48,876 bases of DNA. Source: an uncultured archaeon. GTDB taxonomy: Archaea; Asgardarchaeota; Lokiarchaeia; Sigyniarchaeales; SOKP01. Location of the stretch: positions 1-48,876 of the forward strand of contig CAZBPC010000016.1 in the NCBI GenBank assembly GCA_964493715.1, in the 5' to 3' direction. The notes under the pieces were generated by a model. That model saw only the letters and a program-made list of their open reading frames with translations. It made no database searches and was not told the DNA's origin. Both the position numbers and the translations under genes were made by a program. Shown one piece after another: positions 28,310 through 37,872 of the stretch (the first letter of the stretch is position 1; each line of letters opens with the position of its first letter).

Positions 28310-30334
28310 CTAACCCAAAGATAACTCGCTCATAATTTGTTTATTTTCAATTATTTTAGTGTAAATTATAAATATATCTCTCAAGATCTCTTTTATTTCA
28401 TTTAAATTATAAAATTTGTAGTTCTCTATTTTAAAATGAGGGTAAATGTATTTGAATTCTATCTCAGGAAAGTAATCTTTTGAATCTAGCAAAAAACTCA
28501 ATTCCTTACATTCCCGTTTATTTAAGTATAGTTCTTCAACTAATGCATTAGTCAATGCTTCGAAAATAATTATTAATTTTTCAATATCCTCCAATTTTAT
28601 TTTGTCGTTTACATCTAATTCACGAAAATCATGTCTTAATTGGTGTAAAAAATGATTTATTTTGCTAATATTAGAAATGGAAGATGGAAAATCATTCGGA
28701 ATCGGCAATCTTTTTATAAAACTACCATTATATCTTAGGTAACCTCCTGCCATATGAAGACTTCGATAAAGGGTATTAAAAAGATTATTCATAAATTCAG
28801 AATTCATAATAGCTAACAAACAAAAATAATCGTTAGTTGAAAATGATTCTATAATAACTTGGTATAATCCGGTAATGTTAACATATATTCCAGGATCATA
28901 AACCCATGTTAATTCTTTTGCTATCTCTCTAAAGATTAACTTTTCTGATTTAAGTAATTTCCACTTATCCTTATAATCATCTTGATAAGTAAAATAAGAT
29001 ATTTTTAATTTATTTTTTGCGATTGTTATGAGTTTATTAAATTTAATATGATATTTTCCGAGATTTCCCGTACCAATTATTAGTAAATCATGGTCACTCT
29101 TCTTTTCTTCTTGTATATTTTTAAAATGTTTAGCCCATTTTATAAATCCAAATGGTCTATATATTATTTTTAAACCTTGAAATTTCTCTTGTAATGATTT
29201 ATAGTTATCAAATATAGAATTTACTAAATCAATATCTCCAGATAATGGAATCACATGAGTTGGTAACTTCTTGAGAGAATTTTGAGATATCTTTTTCCAC
29301 CTTTCTTTTTTCTGATTTATATTTATATTTATTTCATCTAATTGAATAAAATCGAATAAATTTTCTTTTTCAAGGCTAATAATTTTGAGAGTTATGACTA
29401 TAGGATAAGCTGCTGCTTCTTTAAATATAGGAAGGGAAGAAATGTCAATGATTTGCCTTATTTGTGTGTCATGAACAATTTTTTTCCGAATTTTTATTCC
29501 ATAGTCCGCTGCCAAAAACTTATTTGTTATTAAGAAGGATAAATATCCTTGATTTTGGCTTAACAATTCCATAGATTTTTCTATGAACAAAATAGATAAG
29601 TCGTATAACCTATATGCGCTATCAAATATTTTTAATTTATTTTTATAGGCTTTATTTTCAATTTTTTTATTCTCTATATAAGGGGGATTTCCTAAAATAA
29701 TATCAAAAGGTTTAGTGTTAAATTCTAGGAGGTAATCAGAATGAAATATCTGAAAGTTAAGATGGGAATTATCTATAATAGATTCTAAGTTGTCTTTCAT
29801 ATTCAGAGCTAGTGATTCTAATTCTGTTTGAGAATACCACATCATCAATCTTGCTTTCGTAGCCAATAGCGCTCCTTTCTCAATTTCTACACCATAAATA
29901 TTATGTTCAATTATATAACGCTTTATTTCCTTTAAAGTAAGATTGCACGATAAAATTTTATATAGTTCAAGCAAAAAATTAGCCACACTCAACAAAAACC
30001 TTCCAGAACCGCAACTTGGATCCAGAATTTTCATTTGAGATATGTGTTTCCTTACTAAATTTTTAGTCTGCTCTTCTTGCTCGTTGAAAAACTTAATTAA
30101 AGGTAAATTATCTAATTGTTCCGTAAGGATATTTGGTATCCATTCTTTCTCCTTAATTTTATCAATTAAGTAAATTTTGAATACATTATTAGTTACGAAA
30201 TCGGCGATATGTTGAGGAGTATAAACAATTCCATTTGTTTTGTTCCCAATCTTATTTTGAAGCTTATCTTCCTCATGTTTTTTTAAAAAGTCTCTGAGGT
30301 ATGTGAAATGATTCTCCATAGATTTCTTTTTCAT
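28310..30334 (-). CDS. Amino-DNA methyltransferase (gamma class, Eco57I/TaqI-like)
   Basis: GIVYTP, LDPSCGSGRF, YGVEI, GNPPY and a C-terminal TRD-like region ending IKRLPIP. Confidence 0.88.
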   Translation of the reverse strand: MKKKSMENHFTYLRDFLKKHEEDKLQNKIGNKTNGIVYTPQHIADFVTNNVFKIYLIDKIKEKEWIPNILTEQLDNLPLIKFFNEQEEQTKNLVRKHISQMKILDPSCGSGRFLLSVANFLLELYKILSCNLTLKEIKRYIIEHNIYGVEIEKGALLATKARLMMWYSQTELESLALNMKDNLESIIDNSHLNFQIFHSDYLLEFNTKPFDIILGNPPYIENKKIENKAYKNKLKIFDSAYRLYDLSILFIEKSMELLSQNQGYLSFLITNKFLAADYGIKIRKKIVHDTQIRQIIDISSLPIFKEAAAYPIVITLKIISLEKENLFDFIQLDEINININQKKERWKKISQNSLKKLPTHVIPLSGDIDLVNSIFDNYKSLQEKFQGLKIIYRPFGFIKWAKHFKNIQEEKKSDHDLLIIGTGNLGKYHIKFNKLITIAKNKLKISYFTYQDDYKDKWKLLKSEKLIFREIAKELTWVYDPGIYVNITGLYQVIIESFSTNDYFCLLAIMNSEFMNNLFNTLYRSLHMAGGYLRYNGSFIKRLPIPNDFPSSISNISKINHFLHQLRHDFRELDVNDKIKLEDIEKLIIIFEALTNALVEELYLNKRECKELSFLLDSKDYFPEIEFKYIYPHFKIENYKFYNLNEIKEILRDIFIIYTKIIENKQIMSELSLG

Positions 30335-30429
30335 TATTCAATTACAAATTTATTAGGAATGAGCATCTAATTTATTATAATCAAATTATTTTAAATAATA
30401 TTCTTCTATACATATAGGTGTTTTTTAAT

Positions 30430-31338
30430 TTGGTTATTAAATCTTGGTTAATCAAGCTAATTGAAAATCCAAATCTCATATCTTCTTTAAAATTTGAAGA
30501 AATTTATCCAATTTTATTAAGAGCATATGATATCTTTAAGGAAGAAAATTTCATAATTGAATCAAATCTGATTAATCCTGATGATGTTGGATATGTAATT
30601 GGAGATATTCATGGAAATCTTAACTCATTAAATTATTTTACTAAATTAATTCAAGAAAATGACCCAAAACTTGTCGTATTTTTAGGAGACATCGTAGATA
30701 GGGGACCAGATCAATTGGAATGCTTCATAGTAGTCCTCGCATTAAAAATCTTATTCCCTCATAAAATTTTCCTTCTAAAGGGAAATCATGAAACTTTAGA
30801 AATGAACAAAGCGTATGGATTTTATGACCTCTTTCTAAATCGATTTAATGATCGAAATAAATTTAACTCGATCTTAATGGTTTATGATGTTTTACCACTA
30901 TGCAATATTATTAATAATGAAATTCTATGCGTTCATGGGGGGATTTCTAGGGATTTTAAATCATTAATAGCTCTGAAAAATCATAAAACCGCCAATCGTG
31001 AAAATTTGTCTCAATTTTTGAAGGATTCAATATTTGAAATGATGTGGAACGATCCAAAAGATGAAATCTCAGGATTTTCAAGAAGTTATAGGGGTGAGGG
31101 AATCTTTTTCTTTGGTGAAGATGTTTTTAACGAATTCATCGCGAAAAATAAATTAAAATGCCTTATACGATCTCATGAATGTTTTCGAGAGGGATATCGA
31201 TGGTTTTTTAATAAAAAATTGCTTTCAATCTTTTCCTCACATAATTATCATGGTAATCTCAATCCAAATCCAGCATCTTATGCGATTATAAGAGGAACGG
31301 AGATCGTTCCTACAAACATAAAAATTTTAGAGAATTAA
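30430..31338 (+). CDS. PPP-family Ser/Thr protein phosphatase
   Basis: GDIHG, GDIVDRG, KGNHE, VHGG, MWNDP, RSHE and FSSHNY motifs. Start is TTG 30430 or GTG 30418. Confidence 0.92.
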   Translation: MVIKSWLIKLIENPNLISSLKFEEIYPILLRAYDIFKEENFIIESNLINPDDVGYVIGDIHGNLNSLNYFTKLIQENDPKLVVFLGDIVDRGPDQLECFIVVLALKILFPHKIFLLKGNHETLEMNKAYGFYDLFLNRFNDRNKFNSILMVYDVLPLCNIINNEILCVHGGISRDFKSLIALKNHKTANRENLSQFLKDSIFEMMWNDPKDEISGFSRSYRGEGIFFFGEDVFNEFIAKNKLKCLIRSHECFREGYRWFFNKKLLSIFSSHNYHGNLNPNPASYAIIRGTEIVPTNIKILEN

Positions 31339-31800
31339 TTCTGGGAATAATTGCACGATTTCTGGAATTTTTTTAAGATGTTCTTTCCATCCGTCATTTA
31401 TATCTAAATCTATGGTTAATTTTTGAGAATTAATTAAATTTTCAGTGGGAACATACAAAAAGGCGTTGATTTTATTCCCCTTCTTTAATTCAACTTGAGT
31501 TCGAATGCGTTCAAATAAACCTAAATCCACACCTTCATATTTATTAAGTTGATTTAATTCCTCTTGAGTTACATCAAACTTTAACGCCCAAAATGAATCA
31601 GCTGAAGGAATTACAATTGGGAACCAATAATTTGGAGGAAAAACTCTCGTATAATTACGTACTAAACAGGGTTCCACATTTCCCTTATTTTTCCAGTAGC
31701 CCTGAGTGATAAATGTTCCGTAACCAACTACAGAAAAGTATTTTTTATAATTATTATCTAAATTCAATTCAGATATATCGTTTTTTTTGTATGATACCAT
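31327..31800 (-). CDS. Gamma-glutamylcyclotransferase (GGCT/AIG2-like) family protein
   Basis: VGYGTF, ELNQLNKYEG (catalytic Glu position) and FERIRTQV...AFLYV. Confidence 0.75.
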   Translation of the reverse strand: MVSYKKNDISELNLDNNYKKYFSVVGYGTFITQGYWKNKGNVEPCLVRNYTRVFPPNYWFPIVIPSADSFWALKFDVTQEELNQLNKYEGVDLGLFERIRTQVELKKGNKINAFLYVPTENLINSQKLTIDLDINDGWKEHLKKIPEIVQLFPELIL

Positions 31801-31893
31801 CCACTATCTCACCAGCATTTTCAAGAATCACGGAGATGATTAATTTTCTGTAATTAAATATATATTTCTAATACTTTACTTTTTATTTGAGTT

Positions 31894-32268
31894 ATGAAAA
31901 TAAAAAAGAAAAGACTGATCGCGCTTAAAAATCCTCGTTTACGGAAAATTAGGACTGAATTACGAAATCTATTAAAGAAAGCATTCAATGACCACTATTC
32001 AAGATATTTTAAACAAGAAGATGCTATCAGAAATGATTCAAGTTTAAGTTATGACGAAAAGAAGAAGAAATGTACCGAGATCGAAAATAGAAGTGAAAAA
32101 TTTTATATTGCTTTCATTCATTCGCTTATTGGATGTCGTTTGTGTGGCAAAACAGATTTGGACTTGGTATATAACCCAATTTTAGATACTTGGTACTACG
32201 AGTGATGTTATAAGTTTAACCAAAAATGCTAAGATGAGCTACTAACACCCGGTGTATATTATCCATAA
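31894..32268 (+). pseudogene. Probable decayed zinc-finger protein gene
   Basis: The ORF has CRLC and stops at WYYE*. In-frame continuation reads CYKFNQKC*DELLTPGVYYP*, consistent with a broken second CxxC and two premature stops. Confidence 0.5.
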
Positions 32269-32270
32269 AA

Positions 32271-32318
32271 TACTTGGGTTGCATCTGGTTTAATAAACAA
32301 CAAGTTGTTCCCACAAAT
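32271..32318 (-). repeat. Diverged duplicate of the Sm gene 3' end
   Basis: Translates ICGNNLLFIKPDATQV versus IRGNNLLFIKPDASQI in the Sm gene (32410-32457). Confidence 0.85.
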
Positions 32319-32403
32319 TTTCAATATCCTTGAGTGAAGGATGTTCTATATCCAATCATAGTAAAATTATAATTTTTACTATCAGAATTCAAGATAGATA
32401 CTT

Positions 32404-32664
32404 TTACATTATTTGTGAGGCATCTGGCTTTATAAATAAGAGATTATTACCTCTGATGAAAATCTCGTTGTATTTGGCTACAGGGCTCCCATCCATTATC
32501 TCCACTGCATTTTCAAGAATCATATTCATATACGCATCGATCTCTTTTAATAAGCCCTTGTATTCTGTTCCATCTTTCAATCTGAGTATTATTTCAGAAT
32601 TTTGAGCAGCTTGAAGAATATGTAACGGATTTTTGGACCGCTGACCTGTGTTATTTCTTTCCAT
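32404..32664 (-). CDS. Sm-like archaeal protein (SmAP/Lsm)
   Basis: Sm1 motif LKDGTEYKGLLKEIDAYMNMILENA and Sm2 motif FIRGNNLLFI. Confidence 0.93.
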   Translation of the reverse strand: MERNNTGQRSKNPLHILQAAQNSEIILRLKDGTEYKGLLKEIDAYMNMILENAVEIMDGSPVAKYNEIFIRGNNLLFIKPDASQIM

Positions 32665-32792
32665 TTTTTTTCAATCTCTTTTCAAAAAAAAATCTATTAT
32701 TGATATTATTTAAAAGAATATTTTAAAGAAAAACTTTTTTGAATTAAAACCTTATCATCGCTTAAATTTAACTCTAAAATGGGATTTTTGAT

Positions 32793-33407
32793 TTGGGAGA
32801 TCAACAAATAAACTTTGCTAAAAAGAAAAACATAATTGACAGTTATAATTCCTCACATGAATATTATGACGATAGATATAGAAATATCCAGTTCCAAAAA
32901 TATGAGCTCGCTTTTAAAGGCGCTAATTTACATTCAAAATTAATTTTAGATGCAGGATGTGGCACTGGATTATTATTTGTTCATCTATTAAAAACATTTC
33001 CTGAATCAAAAAGTACTCGATCATTTCTTATATGTCTTGATTTATCTCTAAACATGCTAAAAAAAATAAAAATTAGAGAAGAATTTAAGGAAAAAAAAGC
33101 TAATGTGTGTTTAATTTTATCAGATATGGAAAACTTGCCATTTAGAGAAAATTTGTATGATGTTATCGTTTCTATAACATCTTTACAGAATTTACCAGAT
33201 ATTTTCCAAGGAGTTTTGGAGTTAATTCGGGTAAGTAAACGAGGAACGGAATTTTATTTATCAATACTAAAAAAAGATGCTCGATTAAAAAAGGTATTAG
33301 CCAAATTTAAGCCATATTTTGATGATTATAGTACGATAAAAAATGAGGGGTTGGAAGATTTAATCATTCTTGGAATTTTAAATAATAAAAAAATTCCTTT
33401 TAATTGA
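32793..33407 (+). CDS. Class I SAM-dependent methyltransferase
   Basis: LDAGCGTG, LDLSLNML and DMENLPF motifs. Confidence 0.88.
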   Translation: MGDQQINFAKKKNIIDSYNSSHEYYDDRYRNIQFQKYELAFKGANLHSKLILDAGCGTGLLFVHLLKTFPESKSTRSFLICLDLSLNMLKKIKIREEFKEKKANVCLILSDMENLPFRENLYDVIVSITSLQNLPDIFQGVLELIRVSKRGTEFYLSILKKDARLKKVLAKFKPYFDDYSTIKNEGLEDLIILGILNNKKIPFN

Positions 33408-34278
33408 AGAAAGAAGCTAGGATATCTTGAACGTCACTTTGGATATTAAATTTCCTGTAGAAATATGTCGATAAGTTAGATAAGTCTCGTTCGAGCAATG
33501 ATCGTGCATTTGGGTGGTCACTAGCCACCCATTGTAACCAATCGATTATCAAAATATTTTGTTTTTCATCGACTATGATATTAAACTCTCCTAAATCCCC
33601 ATGTACTATCTTTGCTTCTTGAAATATTATTTTCATTTGTTTTATTATCTTATTAAAAATTTTTTCGGGTTTATTGAGATCATTAAAATAAACTAATTCT
33701 TTTCCTTTTAGGTAAGACATAACAATCATGTGTCTGTTATAAGCAATTGGTTTTGGTGTATCTAATTTTAATTTAAAAATTTTAGTTAAGGCTTCAAATT
33801 CTCTTCTCGCTGCTAATCTATTAATGTATAACCAAGAAGAATGTCCTCGGTTCCCTATTAAATCCCTTAATTGCTTTATACTTTTGAAACTTGTTCGTCC
33901 CATTCTAAAAATCTTTAAAGCCAGAATATTTTCATCATCATCCATGCAACCATATACATCAGATTCTTTCCCTTTACCTATGATAGGTCCTAATTGACCA
34001 ATAACTTTTTTCTCCACTAATGCGTGAAGAGCTAAAACATCATAACCAATTGAATTAAGAGTATAACCAATTTTGTATGAAGAGGAATCTCTTATTATGA
34101 GATTATACTTATGAACTTTTTTTAAGCGAAAAAGAGTTTCTTCCAGTTTATAACGGGAATAAAATCTGATGTTATCAACAGTTACATATTCTGAACGTTT
34201 CATCCCGATTTCAATTGCCATTAAGATTCTTAGATCCTCCTTTTCAAGAACAGTAAGTAATTGGGCTGCTTCAGACAT
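33400..34278 (-). CDS. rio2: RIO2 atypical Ser kinase
   Basis: N-terminal wHTH with GYDVLAL; GKGKESDVY, GRTSFK, HGDLGEFNI and IDWLQ motifs. Confidence 0.93.
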   Translation of the reverse strand: MSEAAQLLTVLEKEDLRILMAIEIGMKRSEYVTVDNIRFYSRYKLEETLFRLKKVHKYNLIIRDSSSYKIGYTLNSIGYDVLALHALVEKKVIGQLGPIIGKGKESDVYGCMDDDENILALKIFRMGRTSFKSIKQLRDLIGNRGHSSWLYINRLAARREFEALTKIFKLKLDTPKPIAYNRHMIVMSYLKGKELVYFNDLNKPEKIFNKIIKQMKIIFQEAKIVHGDLGEFNIIVDEKQNILIIDWLQWVASDHPNARSLLERDLSNLSTYFYRKFNIQSDVQDILASFFN

Positions 34279-34312
34279 GGTATTAATCGTCTTTATTCAA
34301 GTTCAAAAATTT

Positions 34313-35098
34313 TTAAAAAATATAACTTTTATAAGTTTTGATAAAAGAAATGAGTTTTGCTAGGTTTGGTAACTCAAAAATACATAAACAGATTGTCACG
34401 ATTATTAAAAATCTAAATAAATCTGCGAAATTAATGAAGTAAAGAGATTCCGTTGATCCTTCTTGAAATAAAAAAAGAAAAATCCCTTGATTCAAGTAAA
34501 AGATCATTCCTATAGAAATTATTATTCCTGAAAGAGAAATAATTAAAGCTGTAATCTCATATTCGTAGATAGATGCTCCAATATTGACTATTAAAGCCAC
34601 TAAAGTAAAGCTTACCATCATTATTGCAAAATTGATCCAATTTAGAAAATTTATTGAAGAAATCGAAACATTTGGACCAATTCGTGTCCAATTAAGTGAT
34701 CCCCATAAATTTAACATCATCAACGCAGGCAAGATAAGTGAGATAAGACTCATTATAAAATAAATTCTTATTGTAATAAATCTAGTGAAGACATATTTCT
34801 CGGCATCTTCTTCACGTTTTGCTGTTTCTAGCATACTATTCAATTTGGTTTTGATATGGGAAGGAAAATCTTTGGATAAAACAATCAATTCAAATTTAGA
34901 ATCTTGAAAACTTGAAAAGATATCTATTAATGAAGCCTTTCCTTTTTTTAATTTATCTTTCGTGCTTTTTGGACCATTCCATAAAAAAGCTTTCTTTTGA
35001 GTCACATCTAAAAAAACACATAAATCATGGAATAATAAAACATGTTCTTCTTCAATCCAACTATTCTTAACTTCATTAAAAATATATGTATTAAGCAT
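34313..35098 (-). CDS. Gelsolin-like domain fused to four TM helices
   Basis: N-terminal HDLCVFLDVTQKKAFLWNGPKSTKDKLKKG fits the gelsolin D-x-F-x-L-D...W-x-G pattern; four hydrophobic segments follow. Confidence 0.6.
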   Translation of the reverse strand: MLNTYIFNEVKNSWIEEEHVLLFHDLCVFLDVTQKKAFLWNGPKSTKDKLKKGKASLIDIFSSFQDSKFELIVLSKDFPSHIKTKLNSMLETAKREEDAEKYVFTRFITIRIYFIMSLISLILPALMMLNLWGSLNWTRIGPNVSISSINFLNWINFAIMMVSFTLVALIVNIGASIYEYEITALIISLSGIIISIGMIFYLNQGIFLFLFQEGSTESLYFINFADLFRFLIIVTICLCIFELPNLAKLISFIKTYKSYIF

Positions 35099-35182
35099 TA
35101 AGTAATTTAACTCTGATTATTTATTAATTTTTTCTATATATTTTAAGAGTTGTTCAAATACAAATAAAATTAAGTAAAAAAT

Positions 35183-36082
35183 TTAATCTTCCTTTATTCT
35201 TGATTCGATCCCAGACCATAAATCGATAATATATTCTTTATAATTCTCGATTTGTTCTTGAGAAAGAGATTTAAATCGTTTTTGTGCTTTAATATATTCT
35301 TCAATTGGTTTTCTTTTCGATGAATCGAGGAATTTCTTACTATCTTTTGATAGGATGAATTTACCTTCAATAACTTCATAAAGTGGCCAAAATCCCGTTT
35401 GAACTGCTAATCTACCTATTTCAATAGAACTACTAGGGAGATACCCCCATCCTGGAGGGCAAGGGGCAAGAATATGGATATATTTTGGACCATATATATT
35501 TTTTGCACGTGAAAATTTCTCATAAATATCTAAAGGATAAGAGGATATCGCCGTGGCTACATATGGAATACCATGAGCCTCCATAATTTTAGGCATATTC
35601 TTTTTATATCCAATTTTGCCTCCTGGAGTGGTGGTACTGAAAGCACCTGGAGGGGTACTTCCACTTCTTTGGACACCAGTGTTCATATATGCTTCATTAT
35701 CATAACACGCATAAATGAAGTTTGTACCTCTTTCTGCAGCTCCACTTAAACTTTGAATTCCAATATCTACTGTCCCTCCATCACCTGCGAATGCAACTAC
35801 ATTGATATCTTGATCAAGCCCTTTATCTTCAAGTGATGCAACAATTCCTGATGCAGATGCTCCAGTAGTTGCAAATGGAGTGTGCAACACTGAAACTTTA
35901 GTTGTACAAAATCCCTGCATTCCGTGAAGAACCGTTAAACAACTAGCAGGAACGGTAATAATTGTTTTAGGTCCTAAAGCTTTAAGCGCAATTCTATAAA
36001 TCAATGCCATTGAACATCCAGCACATGCTCTGGTACCTGGATATATATATTCTTCTTCAGGTACATCCATAACATTTACCAA
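35183..36082 (-). CDS. porB: Pyruvate/2-oxoacid:ferredoxin oxidoreductase beta subunit
   Basis: ACAGC, GDGGT, YDNEAYMNTG and PCPPGW motifs. Confidence 0.92.
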   Translation of the reverse strand: MVNVMDVPEEEYIYPGTRACAGCSMALIYRIALKALGPKTIITVPASCLTVLHGMQGFCTTKVSVLHTPFATTGASASGIVASLEDKGLDQDINVVAFAGDGGTVDIGIQSLSGAAERGTNFIYACYDNEAYMNTGVQRSGSTPPGAFSTTTPGGKIGYKKNMPKIMEAHGIPYVATAISSYPLDIYEKFSRAKNIYGPKYIHILAPCPPGWGYLPSSSIEIGRLAVQTGFWPLYEVIEGKFILSKDSKKFLDSSKRKPIEEYIKAQKRFKSLSQEQIENYKEYIIDLWSGIESRIKED

Positions 36083-36085
36083 TTT

Positions 36086-37363
36086 TTATTTCGCCTCCTT
36101 AAAAAAAGTGGATTCGTCATATTCACTTAATTCTTTTAATTGTAATCCTAAAAATTCAGTAGTTTGAGATATTTCTCCAGTTTTTTCTTGATCTAATGTT
36201 CTGTTGACACCTTCAATGAGTTGTTCATTAGTTATATCCCTTCCACCTAATCCTACTATGAAACCTTTGATAAATGGATTTTCTTTCAAACCATATAAAG
36301 CAGATTTTAATTCATAACATAAAACACCTTCATATCCATAACCTATGTCTCTATCAAAAACTACTATTGTTTTTTTGTTCTTTAGAAGCTCTCTTAACTG
36401 TTTTGCAGGATACGGTCTGAATAGTTTTAAACTAACCAAGCCTACATTTAAACCTTTTTGTCTTAATTTTTTTAAAACTGTTCTAGCTTGGGAAGCAACA
36501 GAGCCCATTGCTAAGATAATAATATCAGCATCATCAAATTCAACTGTTTTAAATAGTCCATTTCCGTATGATCTTCCGAATCTATTTGCAAAATCATCAT
36601 GTACTTCTTGAATTATTTCAATTGAATTTTCTAATGCCTTTTGGAGGGCATATCTGTATTCAAAATATCCCGGAGCAGTTCCCTCGGATCCTCTATCACG
36701 GATATGTGGTGTGGTGACGGGGTCTATCCCCTTAACTTGAGAAATATCAGAAAGATTAATGTGATGTTTTAAAGGAGGTAAGAATTTATCAACTTCTTTT
36801 TGATCCTCTAAAATCACGGGCATCATTGTATGTGATAGAATGTACCCATCATAGCCCACTATTACAGGTAAATTTACTCTTCGATCTTCTGCAATTTTAA
36901 ATGCTTGTAAATTAGTATCATAAATTTCTTGATTATCTTCGCACATAAATTGAATCCAACCCACATCCCGGATAGTAACAAAGTCTGAATGATCTGTCCA
37001 TACAGACCATGGAGCACCTAGGCTTCTTGTAGCCAAATTTATAATTATTGGTAATCTATTACCCGAAGTCCACGGTAACATTTCATACATATATTCTAAT
37101 CCGTGAGCTGATGTAGCGGTTCCAACTCTAGATCCGGTTGCAGAAGCCGCAACACAAACTGCGAGAGCAGAATGCTCTGATTCAACTTTTACAAATCGCG
37201 CATTTAGTTTTCCATCATTTATAAATTCTGCAATTTTTTCCACAACTGGGCTTTGAGGCGTAATAGGATAGGCAGCAACAACTCCTACTTTGACTTGTCT
37301 TAATGCATGAGCAGCGGCATAATTACCAGTTAAAATCTTAGTCTCTTCCGTTGCATTATTAAT
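36086..37363 (-). CDS. porA: Pyruvate/2-oxoacid:ferredoxin oxidoreductase alpha subunit; probable ATT start
   Basis: The frame extends upstream of the called GTG 37243 through TGNYAAAHA and AYPITPQ to ATT 37363, with a stop at 37370-37372. Also ESEHSA and GLGGRD. Confidence 0.9.
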   Translation of the reverse strand: MNNATEETKILTGNYAAAHALRQVKVGVVAAYPITPQSPVVEKIAEFINDGKLNARFVKVESEHSALAVCVAASATGSRVGTATSAHGLEYMYEMLPWTSGNRLPIIINLATRSLGAPWSVWTDHSDFVTIRDVGWIQFMCEDNQEIYDTNLQAFKIAEDRRVNLPVIVGYDGYILSHTMMPVILEDQKEVDKFLPPLKHHINLSDISQVKGIDPVTTPHIRDRGSEGTAPGYFEYRYALQKALENSIEIIQEVHDDFANRFGRSYGNGLFKTVEFDDADIIILAMGSVASQARTVLKKLRQKGLNVGLVSLKLFRPYPAKQLRELLKNKKTIVVFDRDIGYGYEGVLCYELKSALYGLKENPFIKGFIVGLGGRDITNEQLIEGVNRTLDQEKTGEISQTTEFLGLQLKELSEYDESTFFKEAK

Positions 37364-37658
37364 CGATTTTCACCTCTTCCATAGTTATTGCTTTTACGGG
37401 ACACTCTTCCATACAAATGCCACATCCCTTACAATAATCAAAATCTATCGTGGGAGGGATTGTACGTGTAATAACTGCATCAGGACAATATAACCAACAA
37501 TTAAAACAAGAAAGTTTACCAGATTTTGCAGGTATGCATTTATCTAAATTAATTACGGGTTTTTTTGAACTCCAACTTCCGGTTCTTCCTGCTTCACCCT
37601 TTACTGATTTTTGCACCGATCCAAGAATTTTTTGATAATCCTTTTTAATATTAGTCAT
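37359..37658 (-). CDS. porD: 2-oxoacid:ferredoxin oxidoreductase delta subunit
   Basis: TGSW, C..CFNCWLYCPD and YCKGCGICMEECP motifs. Confidence 0.92.
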   Translation of the reverse strand: MTNIKKDYQKILGSVQKSVKGEAGRTGSWSSKKPVINLDKCIPAKSGKLSCFNCWLYCPDAVITRTIPPTIDFDYCKGCGICMEECPVKAITMEEVKID

Positions 37659-37872
37659 AATATCACAATCATTAATGAATAAAAGCTAATATGAAATGTA
37701 ATAACTATTAAAATAAAATATCTTTGGAAATAATACAAAACTAAAATGAAGTTTGTTATTATAATTCAATCATTTTACTTTTTAGAAATACATATATATT
37801 TAGGGTTTTCATAATCTTTTTGAATATTCTATTAGTGATAACTCCTAAAAATAAATTCTTGAGGATAGAAAA

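Noticed and set aside
32203-32205. TGA as selenocysteine in the 31894 gene (YYE-U-C)
   Set aside because: It is not at the expected Cys position, a TAA follows 9 codons later, and no SECIS was recognised; pseudogenisation is simpler.
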